NCBI GenBank assembly: GCA_030704615.1
Contig: CM060731.1
Location: 58,962,001-59,026,000, forward strand
Reading direction: 5' to 3'
DNA length: 64,000 nucleotides
Source: Takakia lepidozioides
Lineage: Eukaryota; Plantae; Bryophyta
A program made the translations under genes and the position numbers. Shown here in pieces: positions 63,501-64,000 of the stretch. How positions within the stretch are numbered: position 1 is the first letter of the stretch; the number at the start of each line of letters is the position of its first letter. Under the pieces are notes generated by a model. It was given only the letters and a program-made list of their open reading frames with translations. It was not told the DNA's origin and made no database searches.

Positions 63501-64000
63501 CTGATGGAGAAGAAGAAGTGAGTGAGGATGAAAGGAAGAAAGAAGATGCAGACATGCAGAGTAATGAAGGGACTTTGGCTGAAGTAATATGCCAGACCAA
63601 AGCAGAGATTACCATTGGACAGCTATTGGCTGTGGCACCTTATTGTAGACACAAGTTGTATCAAGCAATCAATCGAATTGGCTAGGAGACAGGAAACACA
63701 GACCTGAACAGCAATGTGACCAGTTATAATGTGAAGCCGGAAGGGCGAGAAACAGTCATGGACTTTGATGATTCTATGCCAGTAATCCAATTGAGAATTG
63801 GAAGCACAGAACTAACTGATGTACTTATAGATGGAGGCTCAGGAGTAAATATCATGACAGACCAATTAAGAAAGAAGCTTGGTCTAAGTAACATGAAACC
63901 AGCCCCATTTACAGTAACAATGGCAGATCAAAGAAGTTTACAACCATTGGGATTAATAAGAGGAGTTAAGATACAGATACAGATACAGAAGATGATCTTT
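60520..64000 (+). mobile_element. Gypsy copy 4: 3' part of 5' LTR (to 60729), PBS, gag, protease; runs off the window
   Basis: LTR end CGCGCCACA. gag ORFs 61264-62802 and 62708-63685, with the frameshift in an A-run. LIDGGSGVN near 63825. Confidence 0.95.
60732..60749 (+). promoter_or_regulatory. Primer-binding site (tRNA-Arg-like, inferred)
   Basis: TGACGACCATACTGGGGA starts 2 nt after the LTR and resembles the TGGCGAC...CTGGGGA type of PBS. Confidence 0.7.

Overview
Eukaryotic land-plant DNA. PLS-type PPR fragments, spliceosomal introns and a CYP71-clan gene point to a land plant; a non-seed plant is plausible but not provable here. The window is mostly a nested transposon cluster around one intact host gene, a 3-exon cytochrome P450 (21365-17765, minus). 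It holds four copies or fragments of one Ty3/Gypsy family that carries a very long extra 3' ORF. It also holds an APE-type LINE with a 2A-like (StopGo) motif, a non-autonomous CACTA element with TIRs and TSD, Helitron-like repeats, a small MITE, and two related Mutator-like (MULE) elements. The most unusual feature is MULE-A (40483-48560). Divergent from its transposase it carries a multi-exon gene for a ParB/Srx-like domain fused to a beta-class (N6A/N4C-type) DNA methyltransferase, and that gene's introns contain arrays of a 22-bp palindrome. This is a candidate transposon self-marking or anti-silencing system, decayed in this copy. A near-precise 3.7-kb inversion (56823-60519) can be reconstructed from a broken LTR, a broken repeat unit, TIRs and an 8-bp TSD. 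All domain calls are from motif recognition by eye; no database searches were run.
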